Shown: positions 1-13,860, counted from the stretch's first letter. The stretch: DNA of 64,000 nucleotides from the human T2T-CHM13v2.0 reference genome, Homo sapiens (GCF_009914755.1 NC_060936.1); one strand, 5' to 3'. Notes: generated by a model from the letters alone, not told the origin. Numbers and translations are program-made.

Positions 1-192
1 TTTGGTCTAGGGAAAAGTAGTCAGATAGGCCTTCTGGCTACAGGCAAAGATAAAGCCCGAATTCTATTCAAGAATAAAAATGTTCAGAAAACCAAAGAGT
101 AAAGCCACACAGTACTAATTCACACTTACGATGTGCCAGGCACGAACCCAAACACATTGCATTATTCCACACGTGATCGTCCAACGGGCCTA

Positions 193-607
193 TGAGGTGG
201 GGGGGTGTCCACCCTGTGGTCCCCTCCAGCTGTGAGGTGGGGGCAGGTGTCAGCTCCATGGTCCCCTCCAGCTGTGAGGCGGGGGGCAGGTGTCGGCTCC
301 ATGGACCCCTCCAGCTGTGAGGTGGGGGCAGGTGTCGCCCCATGGTCCCCTCCAGCTGTGAGGTGGGGGCAGGTGTCGGCTCCATGGACCCCTCCAGCTG
401 TGAGGTGGGGGCAGGTGTCGCCCCATGGTCCCCTCCAGCTGTGAGGTGGGGGCAGGTGTCGCCCCATGGTCCCCTCCAGCTGTGAGGTGGGGGCAGGTGT
501 CGCTCCATGGTCCCCTCCAGCTGTGAGGTGGGGGCAGGTGTCGGCTTCACGGTCCCCTCCAGCTGTGAGGTGGGGGCAGGTGTCGGCTCCATGGTCCCCT
601 CCAGCTG
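193..607. repeat. Minisatellite, 41-43 bp unit (gtcccctccagctgtgaggtgggggcaggtgtcgccccatg), ~10 copies
   Basis: Direct tandem copies read from the sequence. Confidence 0.97.
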
Positions 608-820
608 ATGAGCGACCCCCGCTGCCCAGCGACCCTCTGCTGCTGCCCTGGTTCCCCTACCCTGTCACTGACTCAAGGTCTTGGTTTCTATAATTAATCC
701 CTCTCTCTTGCATATAATTTCTTCCCTTTTCAGTATCTATTATTTCCCATGTAAAATACTAACACCCTCCACTGACCTCACATTCCCTCCAGTTATCCTC
801 CCTGTATAACGAAGCCCTCG

Positions 821-1772
821 GCAGGGCACGGCCTCACCTCCCACCTCAGCAGGGCACGGCCTCACCTCCCACCTCAGCAGGGCACGGCCTCACCTCCCAT
901 CTCAGCAGGGCACGGCCTCACCTCCCATCTCAGCAGGGCACGGCCTCGCCTCCCATCTCAGCAGGGCACGGCCTCACCTCCCATCTCAGCAGGGCACGGC
1001 CTCACCTCCCATCTCAGCAGGGCACGGCCTCACCTCCCACCTCAGCAGGGCACGGCCTCACCTCCCATCTCAGCAGGGCACGGCCTCGCCTCCCATCTCT
1101 GCAGGGCATGGCCTCACCTCCTACCTTAGCAGGGCACGGCCTCACCTCCCATCTCAGCAGGGCACGGCCTCACCTCCCACCTCAGCAGGGCACGGCCTCA
1201 CCTCCCACCTCAGCAGGGCACGGCCTCACCTCCCACCTCAGCAGGGCACGGCCTCACCTCCCATCTCAGCAGGGCACGGCCTCGCCTCCCATCTCTGCAG
1301 GGCACGGCCTCACCTCCTACCTTAGCAGGGCACGGCCTCACCTCCCATCTCAGCAGGGCACGGCCTCACCTCCCACCTCAGCAGGGCACGGCCTCACCTC
1401 CCACCTCAGCAGGGCACGGCCTCACCTCCCACCTCAGCAGGGCACGGCCTCACCTCCCATCTCAGCAGGGCACGGCCTCGCCTCCCATCTCTGCAGGGCA
1501 CGGCCTCACCTCCCACCTCAGCAGGGCACGGCCTCACCTCCCATCTCAGCAGGGCACGGCCTCACCTCCCACCTCAGCAGGGCACGGCCTCACCTCCCAC
1601 CTCAGCAGGGCACGGCCTCACCTCCCACCTCAGCAGGGCACGGCCTCACCTCCCATCTCAGCAGGGCACGGCCTCGCCTCCCATCTCTGCAGGGCACGGC
1701 CTCACCTCCTACCTTAGCAGGGCACGGCCTCACCTCCCACCTCAGCAGGGCACGGCCTCACCTCCCATCTCT
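821..1772. repeat. Minisatellite, 28 bp unit (gcagggcacggcctcacctcccacctca), 34 copies
   Basis: Units counted at exact 28-bp spacing. Confidence 0.98.
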
Positions 1773-1789
1773 GCTGAGTCCACTTCATT

Positions 1790-2370
1790 CAGGCTTCCGT
1801 CCCCAGCTCCCTCTGAAACCACACCTGTCCAGGTCACCAGCGAGGTCAGTGTTGCCGAACCCGGTGGCCCCTCTTCCTGGCCTTCCCAGGGGCAGCTTCC
1901 CTGACTGACCACTCCCTCCTTCTTGAACCTTTTTTTTCACTTGGACTTGAGGACCCCGTACTCTTTCCCATCCTTGCCCTCCCCTCAGTTCCACCTCAGG
2001 CTCCTCTGCTGAACCCTCGTCTTCCTCCAGGCCTCTAGTTCTGCAATGCCCCAGCTCCCAGTCCTGAGCCCCTTCTCTCTTCCCACGTTCTCCCGGGTTG
2101 GTCTCCTCTAGTCTGTGGTTTGGGGCACCATCTACACAGATGCTTCCCTGATTTTCCGTCATCAGCGCCTCCTTCCCGAGCTCTAGCCTCATATCTTCAA
2201 TGGCTGATTTAATTTTTGACTTCTATGTCCAGGTTTACCATTTACAAAGCACAACTCTTGATTATTCACCAGCAAACACACTTTCCCCTGCGTTTTCTCC
2301 TCCTAGCAAATGATCTCACCACTGACCTGTCTGCCTGGGCCGACACCTGGGACCACCCCTGAGTCCTCAG
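1790..2370. mobile_element. Degenerate L2-like LINE fragment
   Basis: Pyrimidine-rich sequence resembling recalled L2 3' region (ccaggtcacc..., ctgaccactccctccttcttgaa). Confidence 0.45.
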
Positions 2371-3372
2371 CATCCCCGCAGGAAACAAGCCAGTGAGAAG
2401 GACGATTTACATGAAAAGGCCTGACTGGAAGGGCTACTCTCAGAGATGGGGGCAGAGATAAGCAACAAAGGACAGATGTTAAGGACCCAGAGACCAGCGA
2501 CAGCAGGAAGTCCCCACCACCCTAGGCCAGAAGGGACCAGAGAGAAACAGAATATTCGGAGGCCAGGGAAGGTGGGTCTCTTCCTGGTGGGAACTGTGGT
2601 CAGGCAGTGACCAAGCCCGGGGCGTGGGTCCAAAGCAAGCTGGCAGTGAAGGCGCGCCCTCCACCCCTCCTGCTGCTTGTTCTTCCCACCGCAGAGCCTC
2701 AGGAATCCGAGCGCAGATGAGGGGTGGATGCGGCCCTCAGGCCTGGCACCTGGGCACAAAGCAAGAGGAGGCTGAGGGTGGCGGGAAAGGGGATACAGAT
2801 AGAGAAGAACAGGCTCACGCCTACTCCCTCATCGACCATGGGGGTACAGGAGAAAGTAAGGGCCTAGGCGGACTCAAAAACAGGCTCCCCTCTGAAGACG
2901 CTCCCCACCCTCACACAGGTGCATCAGCAGAGGCTCAAGGGCATGCAGCTCAACCTCTGTCAGCTATTGGCTGACCGCTGACATATGTAGACAAGGGGAC
3001 AACCCCTGGGAAGCAGACGTAAAATAGAAACAATAAATTTAAAAACTGATGAGGGACATCAACGCCTACGTACCAGAGACAGGTTTCACAGGTTGAGCCT
3101 GGGCAAGTTACCAACGAAGAAAGGAATTAAAAATGAACAATCAAAAACGCAGCAACAACAATCATCTTCGCGGATCCAATTCCAGAATTACTACATTACT
3201 AAAAACATCCAGCTTTAAACAAATGATACATGCAAAGAAACATGAAAGTGGAACTCATCCATGAAAGCATAAAAAAGCAGCGAATAGAAACTCTCTCCCC
3301 GTGTCTCCAGGTTTCTGATTTAGCAAAGACTTCAAAGCAGCTGTTATAAACAGGATCAAAGAACTAAAGAAG

Positions 3373-3800
3373 ACCAGGTGTGGTGGCTCACGCTTGTACT
3401 CACAACATTTCGGGAGACCAAGGTAGGAAAGTCACTTGAGCACAGGAGTTGGAGGCCAGCCTAGGTAACATAACAAGACCCCATCTCTAAAAAACATTTT
3501 TAAAATGATGGCTCATGCCTGTAATCCCACCACTTTGGGAGGCTGAAGCGGGAGGATCACATGAGCCCAGGAGTTCGAGACTAGCCTGGGCAACATGGCA
3601 AAACTCTGTCTCTACAAAAAGCATTTTAAAAATAGCCAGGCATGGTGGCATGCACCTGTGGTCCCAGCTACTTGGAAGGCTAAGGTTGGGGGAGTGGGGA
3701 TCATCTGAGCCCAGGGAGGTTGAGGCTGCAGTGAGAGTGATTGGGCCACTGTACTCCAGCCTGGGTAACAGAGTGCGACCTTGTCTTGGAAACAAAAAGA
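3373..3800 (+). mobile_element. Alu left monomer followed by AluJ-like element
   Basis: Alu consensus motifs. Confidence 0.85.
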
Positions 3801-4800
3801 AACTTAATTTTAAAAAGAACTAATAACGCTTAATAGTTTAAGGTAGCAGGTAAAAAAATTAAAATACAAAGAACTAAAGAAAACTATATTTACATAATTA
3901 AAATAATAATAAATCAACAAATAGAGATTCTCAACTATGCAGAAATTATTTTTTAAAAGGAGCCAAACTAAAATTCTAGAGTTGAAAAGTAATCACCAAA
4001 ATGAAAACACTCACTAAAAGAGTTCAACAGTAGACCCAAGAAGGTACAGGAATGAATCTGTGAACTCGAAGTTAGATCAGCACAGGTTACCCATTATTAA
4101 GAAAAGACAGAAAAAACACTGAAGAAAAACAAACAGAACCTCAGAGACATATAGGCCAGCATCCAACATCCCAGAATACACACAGTGGGAGTGGCAGGAG
4201 GAAAGAAAACAAAGGCACAGAAAAAGCATTTCAGCAAATAGTGGCCCAGAGCTTCCAAAATGTGATGAAAAACAGAATATGCAGATATCTACACCTAAAC
4301 TTCTAAAAGACAAGACAAAATCTTGACAGCAGCAAGAGAAAAATGACTGATCACATATAAAGGAGCATCAATATGATTAACAGCCAAATTCATGCATGAG
4401 ACAGAGGAGGCTGGAGAGTGGTAGTATAAGATCCTCAAGGGCTGAAAGAAAAAAAAAAACTGTAAACCAAGAATTCAATATCCAGCAAAACTATCCTTCC
4501 GAACTGAAGGTGAAATTGAGAAATTCCCAGATGAAAAAAAGACAGAGAATGCGTTGCTAACAGACTGCTTTACAAGAGATACCAAAGGAAGTCCTTGAGG
4601 CTGGAAGAAAACTACTCTAGAGAGTGATCCAAGCCTGCAGGTAGAAATGAAGAGCACCAGAAATGGTCACTATGTTAACATAAAACACTCTGCAAATATA
4701 CGTTCTCCTTTATTTTCTTAACTTCTTTAAAAGATATAAGATTGCATAAGACAATAACTTTATCCAGAATATATAAAGAACTCTTAAAATTCAAAAATAA

Positions 4801-5102
<302 letters not shown>

Positions 5103-5547
5103 ATTAAATAAAACTCAAAAATAAGACAGCCAAATTTAAAATGTGCAAAAGATTTGAGTTAATATCTTACTTTAAAAGATCTATGAATGGCTAATAAACA
5201 CATGAAAAGATGTCAACATTGTTCATCAGTAGGAAAATGCAAATGAAAACCAAAGTGAGACACCACTCCACACCCACTAGCACAGATAGGTTTAAAAACA
5301 TAACACAATACCAAGAGTTGGTGAGGATGTGGAGAAACTGGAATCCTTATACATTCCCTTTTACTTGGAAGTAAAATGACACAGCATTTGGAAAGTTCAG
5401 TTGTTCCTTAAAATGTTAAACATAAATTTACATATGACCCAGTATTTCTATTCCCAGAAAGCTACTAAGGAAAATGAAAACATAAGTCCATATAAATATA
5501 TGTACACAGATGTTCATAGTAGCATTATTCATCATAGTAAAACTGGC

Positions 5548-5904
<357 letters not shown>

Positions 5905-8765
5905 TCAGCAGCAAAAGGGGACCGACTACCCACGCATGCTTCAAAGGGACAGCCTCGGTGACGCTGCGAGTGAAAGAAGCCAGATGCAGAAGACTCTCAT
6001 ACCTGACCCTACTTTCACGAAACGTCCAAAAGACAAACTGATGGAGAGAAAGCATCGCCGGGGGTGGCCTAGCGCCGGGGTGGGAGCTGGGATTAACAGC
6101 AAATGGGCGTAACGGTAGTTTTGGGGTGATGGAAATGTTCCCAAAAAAGAGGGTTGTGATGGTTACACAATTCTATTAATTACTAAAATCATATAATTAC
6201 ACAGTTATGATGGATGAATGTATGGTAGATTATACCTCAGTAAAGCACTTTTTCAAACACGACGAAGGAATGGCAGACAATACTTCCCTCCAGGCCTGCT
6301 GCTGGCCTGCCAGAGAAAGAGGCCGTCCCTCCCCACACTGGGCCGGCCACCCGCGCCCAGGGCAGGGATCTACACTTGAGTGTTTCCGCGTCTGGGTCCT
6401 AATTCCTAGTGGGAGCACGGAAGGACACAGGGAATGTTGGGAGCTGCACGGGCCATGTCTTGGTCCCATGGGACCTGGCCCTACTTGACCCAAGGCCACA
6501 CCAGCTTGTAGACATGAGCTTTTGGGGGGGCTTTGAGTCCTAAGAGACCCAGCTGCCCACGCCACACAGGGGGAAAGGAAGCAGCTGGAGAGTCCGCTGC
6601 CCACACCACCCCGGGCTCCACGGCCTCACCCCCAGGCCGTCACAGAGCCCCAGTCTCCCGCCACTTCAGTGCAACCCTCGCTGTCTGCCCACTCCTCCGG
6701 ACATGACGCTTAGGACCTTACCTTGCTCTCCAGCTCAGAGCCCGGCCCCCATGGCCGGGCCAGACCTGCCCCGGCCTCTCCCCTCCGCCTGAGCCACGCC
6801 CCGGCTTCCTGCTCACCAGGCCTGCGTTAGCATCTGCAGCTGTGCTTCTTCAGGCCGCCGCAACACCAGCCTTCCCGCACTGCTCCAAGACACTGAGCCT
6901 GGTGCATGCTCAGGAAATTCAACAATTTCAAAACATTGTCACTCTCCCCGCCTGACGACCAGCCTTGTACTCTACTCACAGGGCAACCTGCTTTAGCAAA
7001 CTCAACGACACATTAAAAAGTACAATTTGCAAAGGAGAGCTACCACCTGGCTGGGTGTTCTGCGCCTAGAGACTGGGCCCCGGGAGAGCGCTCCACAGTG
7101 AACTTGCGAAGGATGGAATTTACATAAAGAAGGCACCGTCTTTAGTCCTGGAAAGGCACCCTGGGATTCTCTACCTCCGTCCGTCTTTTTCACAGGCAGG
7201 GAACTGAGGTCCCAGGAGGCCCAGGTCACCCCACCCAAGGAGGCAGGGCCTCCCCTGCACTCTCTGGAACCTCTCCCTGCCAAGAAGCCAGAGGCCCTGT
7301 TTTCTCAGGCTTAGGAATCTGCACTCTCTTGTTCAAAGACTGTGAGTCAGAAGAGGAGGGCCAAGTGCCGCCTTGAATTTCTCTTACTGCTCAAATGGAA
7401 AACAATGAAACAGGGCTGTCCGCATCACAGCCTGCCACCTGCCAGTCATTTAGAGCCTGGCGCGCATTTCCATAGCTCCTCTGACGCCAGGACAATCAGA
7501 CCCGTCTCCGGAGGGCTCCTGCCTCTGGATGTCTAAATGTTCTTGCCTTAAACCCGGTGTGACGCTCCACCCCTCCCACACCGCACACATACGAATTTTA
7601 ACAAAATCTTCAAAGCAGAACTTAACAAAAGGTTGCGTGGTACCAGGTCCATTTGGTTCCATGTGAAACCAACTAGGAAGATCCGCATTAGGCTCTTCCT
7701 CAGCTGCGCCGAGGGCCTGGTTTCTATTCATTTGAGAAGCTGTGTGCGCCCCTGTATGGTCTGTTCTTTCCTTTAGGGCTCGCTTTTAACAGTGAGTGTT
7801 GTTGTGGCAACTAAAATAAGGAGCCGGCCAGTGCTCCTAGGGAGGAAAACCTCGGCAACTCCGCAGGTGCAGGCACCGGCCACAGACCCACGCCTGGGGC
7901 ACTCGCGTTTGCATTTAGCAGAGCGCAGGAGTCAGGGAGCGCGGGCAGGGGCGGGAGGAGGGGTCTGCGCACTGGCCACGGTGTGGGGGACCCAGCCCTA
8001 CCCCTTCCCGGGGCTGAGTGGGACTCGCCACGAGGCCAGCAGTTTTTCCAGGTTTTTCTGCTACTCTAGTGGACATGCAACCTTTCCAGTTTGAATTCCA
8101 CCTCGGTTTAATCCACTTTTTAAACTCATGAAAGGATGTGAGTGTAGATTTGCTGAAGACATTCATAAAAAGTCATTTAGGCAATAAATACTATAGGATT
8201 ACAGTGTCTTTAAAAAGTATAAATAAATTATTGACTGTACACGTCAAGACTGATTTGGAAGGAAATTCATTCTGGGAGAAATAGAGAAATAGATTAAAAT
8301 TAACATCTAGGGCTCTGTCTCCATGAATTAGTTTTCTCCAGTTCTATCTTCTCTTTTTTTTCAATAGTGGTTTTCAACTGTCACTTTCCAATATGATCAG
8401 AATTCAGTTGAGGAAGTAAAGAAATTCTACTTAATAAGAAAAACTCTGAATGAGGATTAAGTATAGAGGATAACTCAGAACATAGTGGGGGGCGGGGAGA
8501 TCCCCCCATTAACAAATGGAATGTGTCAAATTGACAAAAGAATTCAAACAGAGTGACTTTGAGATAGAGCCCAAATTCACTGACTTGGTATCTGTTAGAA
8601 ACAGCAAGAATTCCAGCAAGTCCCTTAATACATGGTACTGACAACTGAGCCGTGAACCACAGAAGCTTGTAATATACACTAATCATCAACAAATCACCAA
8701 ATACTCCAAAAATTACATCATGACACACAGTAACAGCCACAAGAGCAATTTTCCTAGTAGAACAA

Positions 8766-8771
8766 TTTATT
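8766..8771 (-). terminator. Distal polyadenylation signal AATAAA of STX2 (3'UTR ~2.3 kb)
   Basis: tttatt on + strand, followed on - strand by GU/U-rich downstream sequence (tgtggctgttactgtgtgt). Confidence 0.8.
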
Positions 8772-10390
8772 AATTAATATGCAATAAAATATCTCCCCAA
8801 AATCTTTCCAGAAATGACAAGGCAGGAAAGTGAATACTTTTATGCTTCTCTGGAAATTTTTAATGTAAACATGAAATATTTGAAGAACCGATTAAAAAGT
8901 CTCAAGTGAATCTGTAAATACATTTTTAAGTCTGACTTCAAATCGGTACATGAGGCTTAGACATACACATCATTGGACAAGTGACTTAAATATCTAAATA
9001 CAAATCAAATAGCATTTTCCTAACTTCAACTATAAAAACACAAATTTCAGTAGGTACTGCAAATCTAAGAAGAATAACTTGAAAAATACCATAATAAGTG
9101 TTGTAAAAGGGGAGGACTCATATGACAGACCTTGAAGGAAAGGTGGGACATCACGGGAGGCAGGTCCCCCTGTGGACATGATTCCACAGAGGCGTGGAGT
9201 CCTTTTGCCACCAGCATGATCCTGAAATATTGAAAACCCTCAAGACAAGTGATACCTTCAACATAGCCACAAATCAGTGAGCACATCCCACGACAGGGTG
9301 TTTAAAGACCAAAAGAAAAAGAACAGTCAGAGGCAGAATTCCCCTAGTAACTGCCACACAGTGACCACCAGCGAGTGATCCAATGGACGCATCATGGATG
9401 AGGGAGATTCGGAATTGTGTTAAGTAAGGGACGCGGCTTCTGAGCCGTTCAATATTCTCCACACCTGTTTGGAATCAGGCATCTCTACATTAGTTTCAAA
9501 CCAAATGGTGTTAAAAGTCACATGCTTACACTACTACATACAGGAGTAACAAGAGTTCACGACATTTGGGGCATCCTGCATGCACTCCTTTAACATTCTG
9601 ACTAGTGACTCTCTTAACAGATGTCCGCTCACCAGTTCATACATTTTACAAGTCTAAAAATAAGTGATATTCTTCTACTAAAAAAATGAGCAATAAAAAG
9701 GTTTAATTATCATGAATCCCTATACATTTTGGAAATTAACTTTTAAAAGTTCAGCAAAACATTAGGTACTTAACAACATGTATGTGGATCTGTACAATAG
9801 TTTAAATTTGTAAGAATTACTCCATGTCTCAGGAATAATTTCCTCGAGTCCCGAGAGTACTGAACCTCAGTTTCATCACCGTCTTAAATTCAGACTTCAT
9901 TCATGTAAACTGGGAAACTCGAATCTCCTATTTAGTGAAAAGAGACCACGGTCTTTACAGTGCAGTAACCATTCATTATCCTGGGGGAGGGAACAGGCGG
10001 AAACGGAGCTGAGGCCGAGGCTTTTCTGGAGGGCACCAGCACATTTAAACTCACAGAAGGCACTTGAGGGCTTTGAGGGGCTTTGCAGCCAATGTTTTCC
10101 GTGACAATGGGAAACTTTAAACAACTGTACAAAGGTGGCTCCAACACCATGAAGCTTCCTATTTCACTCAAAAGGCCACATTCAGTATATAAAAATGGGG
10201 TACATTAAGATGCTAATAAATTAAACAATTTATAAACATTTAAAATTATAGATATCTTACAAAAACGTGATAAAAATTATTTCTTCAAACAGGCAATAAA
10301 ACAGTATAAAAGGTCTCTTAATTAGCACAAACTAGCTGGGAGAGGGAGGGAAAGGAAGCCTTAGACCTGAGATCTAAAAGCTTCAGAACA

Positions 10391-10716
<326 letters not shown>

Positions 10717-11017
10717 CTAATTAAACTTCATGCACATTTGTTAACACTGAAATATTTTTAATATTAAAATGTTCAATATTTTCTTATTTCAAGGCCAGTG
10801 AGAGAAGTCTCACACTGCTCACATTCTGTAGTGTGTCATTCAGGGTCACGCATCACACCCACTGTGCTTACGGCGCTGTCACTGAACAAGACGTTCGGTT
10901 GTGCTTCTTCCGTGAACTCATACATTACAAGGTCAGCACTCGATGCCGGGTTACAGCGTCTGAGATTCATTCACGAAATGACAGGATGCTGATTTGGTTG
11001 CAGATGTGGTCTGAGTC

Positions 11018-11065
11018 TCAAGGATAAATGGCTCTTGGGATATGGTTGCTATGACAATGTTGTTG
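11018..11065 (-). CDS. STX2: STX2 soluble C-terminus via internal acceptor (QQHCHSNHIPRAIYP*), 277 aa
   Basis: Internal acceptor tatcctag| at 11067-11066; peptide matches my recollection of the TM-less epimorphin isoform. Confidence 0.75.
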   Translation of the reverse strand, partial: QQHCHSNHIPRAIYP

Positions 11066-11126
11066 CTAGGATAATTCCAAGGATCACAAGCAAAACAATT
11101 ACACAAATAATAATGAACATCAATTT
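11049..11126 (-). CDS. STX2: STX2 terminal exon TM segment (KLMFIIICVIVLLVILGIILATTLS*), 287-aa isoform
   Basis: Acceptor tatcttgcag|, phase 0, hydrophobic anchor, TAG at 11051-11049. Confidence 0.95.
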   Translation of the reverse strand, partial: KLMFIIICVIVLLVILGIILATTLS

Positions 11127-11269
11127 CTGCAAGATAAAGAAAAACATTAATTTGCAATGTATCAAAGAAATCAACAATGGCATTTGCTAACTAATCCTTC
11201 TGGGATTTGGGATAGTTTAAAAAATACATCCATTATCAAGAAAGGACTCCTCCATGTCATAGAAAAGAA

Positions 11270-11913
11270 TGTGATCTTGGCTCACAGCAACCTCTGCCTT
11301 CCGGGTTCAAGTGATTCTCCTGCCTCAGCCTCCCGAGTAGCTGGGACTACAGGAACCCGCCACCACACCCAGCTAATTTTTGTATTTTTAGTAGACACGG
11401 GGTTTCAGCATGTTGGCCAGGATAGTCTCGATCTCTTGACTTCGTGATCCACCCGCCTCAGCCTCCCAAAATGCTGGGATTACAGGCGTGAGGCACCAGG
11501 CCCGGCCGACACTTTCTTTTAATCATAATAAAACTCCAGGATTGCTTTTAATTGGATGAATTACACATATTTGTAAAACTTTAAACGAATTTCTTGTTGG
11601 CTGAAAAATCCTATTTTTTCTTTCTTTTCTGAAAGGAGGTGTCACTCTGTCGCCCAGGCTGGAGAGCAGTGGTGCAGACATGGCTCACTGCAAACACATC
11701 CTCCTGGACTCAAGCAATCCTCCCACCTCAGTGTCCCAAGGAGCTAGGATGACAGGCATGCACCACCATGCCCAGCTAATTAAAAAATATGTTTTTAAGA
11801 GATGGGGTCTTGCTATGTTGCCCAGACTAGTCTCGAATTCTTGGGCTCAAGCGATCTTCCTGCCTTGGCCTTCCGAAGTGTTGGGATTACAGGCATGAGC
11901 CACTGCACCTGGC
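11270..11913 (-). mobile_element. Two minus-strand Alus (11270-11507 partial; 11615-11913)
   Basis: Reverse Alu consensus. Confidence 0.88.
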
Positions 11914-13659
11914 CTTATCCATTTTTTACATTTAAATATGACAAATGTGTAAGAAATCAACAAGACATTCATTCATTCTTCTACTGCACTGATGGTCTGG
12001 AAGCAGGGTGCGACACAGCATTTAACTTTTTTAAAATTAACAAGTATCCTCACACAAGGCAAAGCGAGACCACCTTTGGCTTAATAAATGGAGTCTCCTC
12101 CAGGAAGCTTGTCTGAGGGAAGGAAAGGAAGACACAACAGGAGGCACCGCGCTGTAGGACTTTGAGTTCTCTTTTTGAACAGCAGAGATCCATCATTTTA
12201 ATTACAGTTCCAAATGTACGAGTGCTTTTACCTAAGAAATCCTGTTTGCTGAGCCTGGACAGTTCCAAGACTGCCGGCTCAGTCAGTTATACAGGGTTAT
12301 CAAGAGGCGCATGGCAGGCCCCGGTGAGCCTCCCAGTGACTCCTCAGGACCGGGGAGAGCTGCCTGCAGGAGGGCCCCTCCCTCAAACTCTGGTTCCCTG
12401 TTAACATCACGCACATTTCCTGCAAAGCCCCAGCCACTCTCTCATCCTCTATATGCGCTCCTACGCCCCACTCTCAGCACCTTCCTAGAGAAACCTCTTC
12501 TTCCTTTTCTCTGTGATGCCTTCCCTCCCTCCAGAGGGAGGCGCGCGCCCTCCCGCTCAGCAAGTGAGTGTGCTGGCAGCTGGGCCACCTGGAGTCAGCT
12601 CCACGCAGCGTGCTCTCATCTCCTGCTGCTGTTGTGCTGCCTGCCACGTGTCTGGGTGCTCGATGTGTGTGCACTTTCCTGCCACATCTGGCTTTCAGGA
12701 TGACTGTCAACTACATGGAGTCTAGGGTACAGGACTCAGGAGTCATCTAATCTCCTGGTGACAGCGAGAGTGGAAAGGGTACACCCTGGGGAGTCCAGCT
12801 CCAGGTCTGGGCCAGGGCCCTCTCACCGAATACCTGTAAGACTCCACCTGTCTCCTTAAAGCAGCCCATCCCACCCATGCTCCGGGGTGACAGGCCTGCA
12901 CCTGGCACACCCTGCAGGGAGGGGCAGCAGCCAGCCCCAGGAAGGCCAATTGCTAAAGGATGAAAGGCTATGTTAATATTTTAAAAGTGAAGTTAAGGAC
13001 ATTAACCACTGCCTTCCTATGCAAAGATAACTGCTGGTATTCATTTTGGTCTGCTTTTTATGAATGAGGATCCTTCTATGTTCATTCTTATTTACAGACA
13101 CTAGGGTGAAATGGCCAGCCAGGCCCGGGGCACAGGACTTCAAGCCCCACTCCCCAGGGGTCACACTGAGAGGAGCCTTCTTTTAGTCAACCTTAATGCC
13201 AAGTAGTGCCCATGAAAAGTCGCGCATTTCACTGTGTCCGCGCTACAAATTGTAATTTTATCTTTAGTGTAACCACATTAAACTAACCATATTATAGCTA
13301 CTAGGAAAAAACTCAGAAAGTACATGTTAGAATCATGAAAATATTGAAAAATACTACTATAACAATGAAGAAAAATCACGTACAATATTTTCAGCAAAGC
13401 TAAGAAGAAAAAAATAGAACATCTTGCCTAATAAACATCCTACACAAACATCCTGCCTAATAAAAATAGACGGTAAGAGAGTTCTGACTGCCAAATAATG
13501 GAATGTTAACACACGCAGCATCCCAGAGCTCCTTACAGAGTAATTTCAGGTGTAATTTTGTGGCTTTTGCATAAATGTCAGAAGACTAACTGGAAAACTT
13601 CTCATCTGGTAACTGCATGGTGAGCGTAACAGATGCTCACATTAAGATATCAATCTCTT

Positions 13660-13860
13660 GTTTTGAGATGGTCTCGCTCTGTCACCCAGGCTGGAGTGCC
13701 GTGGTGCGATCTAGACTCACTCTAGCCTCGACCTCCCCAGGCTCAGGTGATCCTCCTGCCTCGGCCTCTGGCGTAGCTGGGACTATAGGCACGTGTGCCA
13801 CCATGCCCAATTAGTTTTTGGATTTTTTTTTTTCTGTAGAGACAGGGTGTTGCCATGTTG
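13660..13860 (-). mobile_element. Partial Alu
   Basis: Reverse Alu right arm and linker. Confidence 0.85.

Noticed and set aside
193-1772. CRISPR-like arrays (also considered for 26530-26754 and 49468-49601)
   Set aside because: Head-to-tail repeats without unique spacers (or only two copies), no cas genes, eukaryotic context
68-1908. Long repetitive ORFs (174 aa, 266 aa and others)
   Set aside because: They are translations of stop-free minisatellite units (28 aa = 3 x 28 bp); no splice, promoter or homology support
6290-8050. GC/CpG-enriched patch downstream of STX2 as a separate gene or promoter
   Set aside because: No convincing exon structure or recognisable product; may be an enhancer but cannot be supported from sequence alone
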